15,350 bases of DNA from Candidatus Heimdallarchaeota archaeon (GTDB lineage: Archaea; Asgardarchaeota; Heimdallarchaeia; JABLTI01): NCBI GenBank assembly GCA_030614005.1, contig JAUWKS010000072.1:1-15350 (forward strand). Direction: 5' to 3'. The position numbers and the translations under genes are program-made. How positions within the stretch are numbered: position 1 is the first letter of the stretch; the number at the start of each line of letters is the position of its first letter. Below, one piece after another: positions 15,124 to 15,350 of the stretch. The notes beneath the pieces are model-generated. The model ran no database searches, was not told the DNA's origin, and worked only from the letters and a program-made list of their open reading frames with translations.

Positions 15124-15233
15124 AGACCCGTAGTCTAGTCCGGCCAAGGATTGGGGACTTTGAAAAAAGTCACAATTCGTTTGGGATTTTCAAGAATCCC
15201 TCGACGGGAGTTCGAATCTCCCCGGGTCTACCA
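15124..15233 (+). tRNA. tRNA-Gln(UUG) with 32-nt anticodon-loop intron; CCA encoded
   Basis: Acceptor AGACCCG/CGGGTCT, D-stem GTCT/GGAT, anticodon stem GGGGA/TCCCT, mature loop CT-TTG-AA, T-arm GGGAG-TTCGAAT-CTCCC, A73, CCA. The intron lies within 15162-15196; the best bulge-helix fit is 15165-15196. All registers give the same mature sequence. Confidence 0.93.
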
Positions 15234-15350
15234 ATTCTTTCTGGTATCAGGTTCAATAAATGTTTTTTAAAGGTTAGAGAAGATTAGTAATGTTCTAGAA
15301 AATAATCAAGAAATCATACCAATAACTCCTTTTTACTTTTGATTTGTTTA

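Noticed and set aside
3331-15233. Possible integrated element bounded by the two tRNAs
   Set aside because: No integrase or transposase, no duplicated tRNA 3' end (att site) seen, and neither tRNA 3' end faces into the interval between them.
1-15350. CRISPR array or rRNA
   Set aside because: No regularly spaced direct repeats with unique spacers and no rRNA-like sequence seen; the repeats found are protein-coding.

Overview
AT-rich archaeal chromosomal window, most likely from an Asgard (Heimdallarchaeia-like) archaeon. That placement is inferred from two intron-containing, CCA-encoding tRNAs, GGTGA/GAGGT-type RBSs, an archaeal GluRS-type N-terminal domain, and membrane proteins with longin-like and RING cytoplasmic tails. 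It holds eight intact CDSs: a beta-propeller/TSP3/TM/longin-like receptor-type protein, a membrane-anchored serine hydrolase, an aldo/keto reductase with Fe-S tail, a small hypothetical protein, a family-5 solute-binding protein (SBP) fusion, a GMC oxidoreductase, a CrtI/RetSat-like FAD oxidoreductase and a glutaminyl-tRNA synthetase. There is also a 5'-truncated SDR pseudogene, tRNA-His(GUG) and tRNA-Gln(UUG). Three things stand out. (1) A bacterial-type GlnRS core, an enzyme archaea classically lack, is fused in frame to an archaeal GluRS-type N-terminal domain and followed directly by tRNA-Gln. (2) An orphan, circularly permuted SBP is joined through a TM helix to a cytoplasmic zinc-ribbon + RING module with GATOR2/SEACAT-like spacing, a candidate nutrient-sensing receptor or ubiquitin ligase. 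(3) The tRNA-His has eukaryote-like A73, no encoded G-1, and a D-loop intron. All family assignments come from motif recognition by eye; no searches were run.
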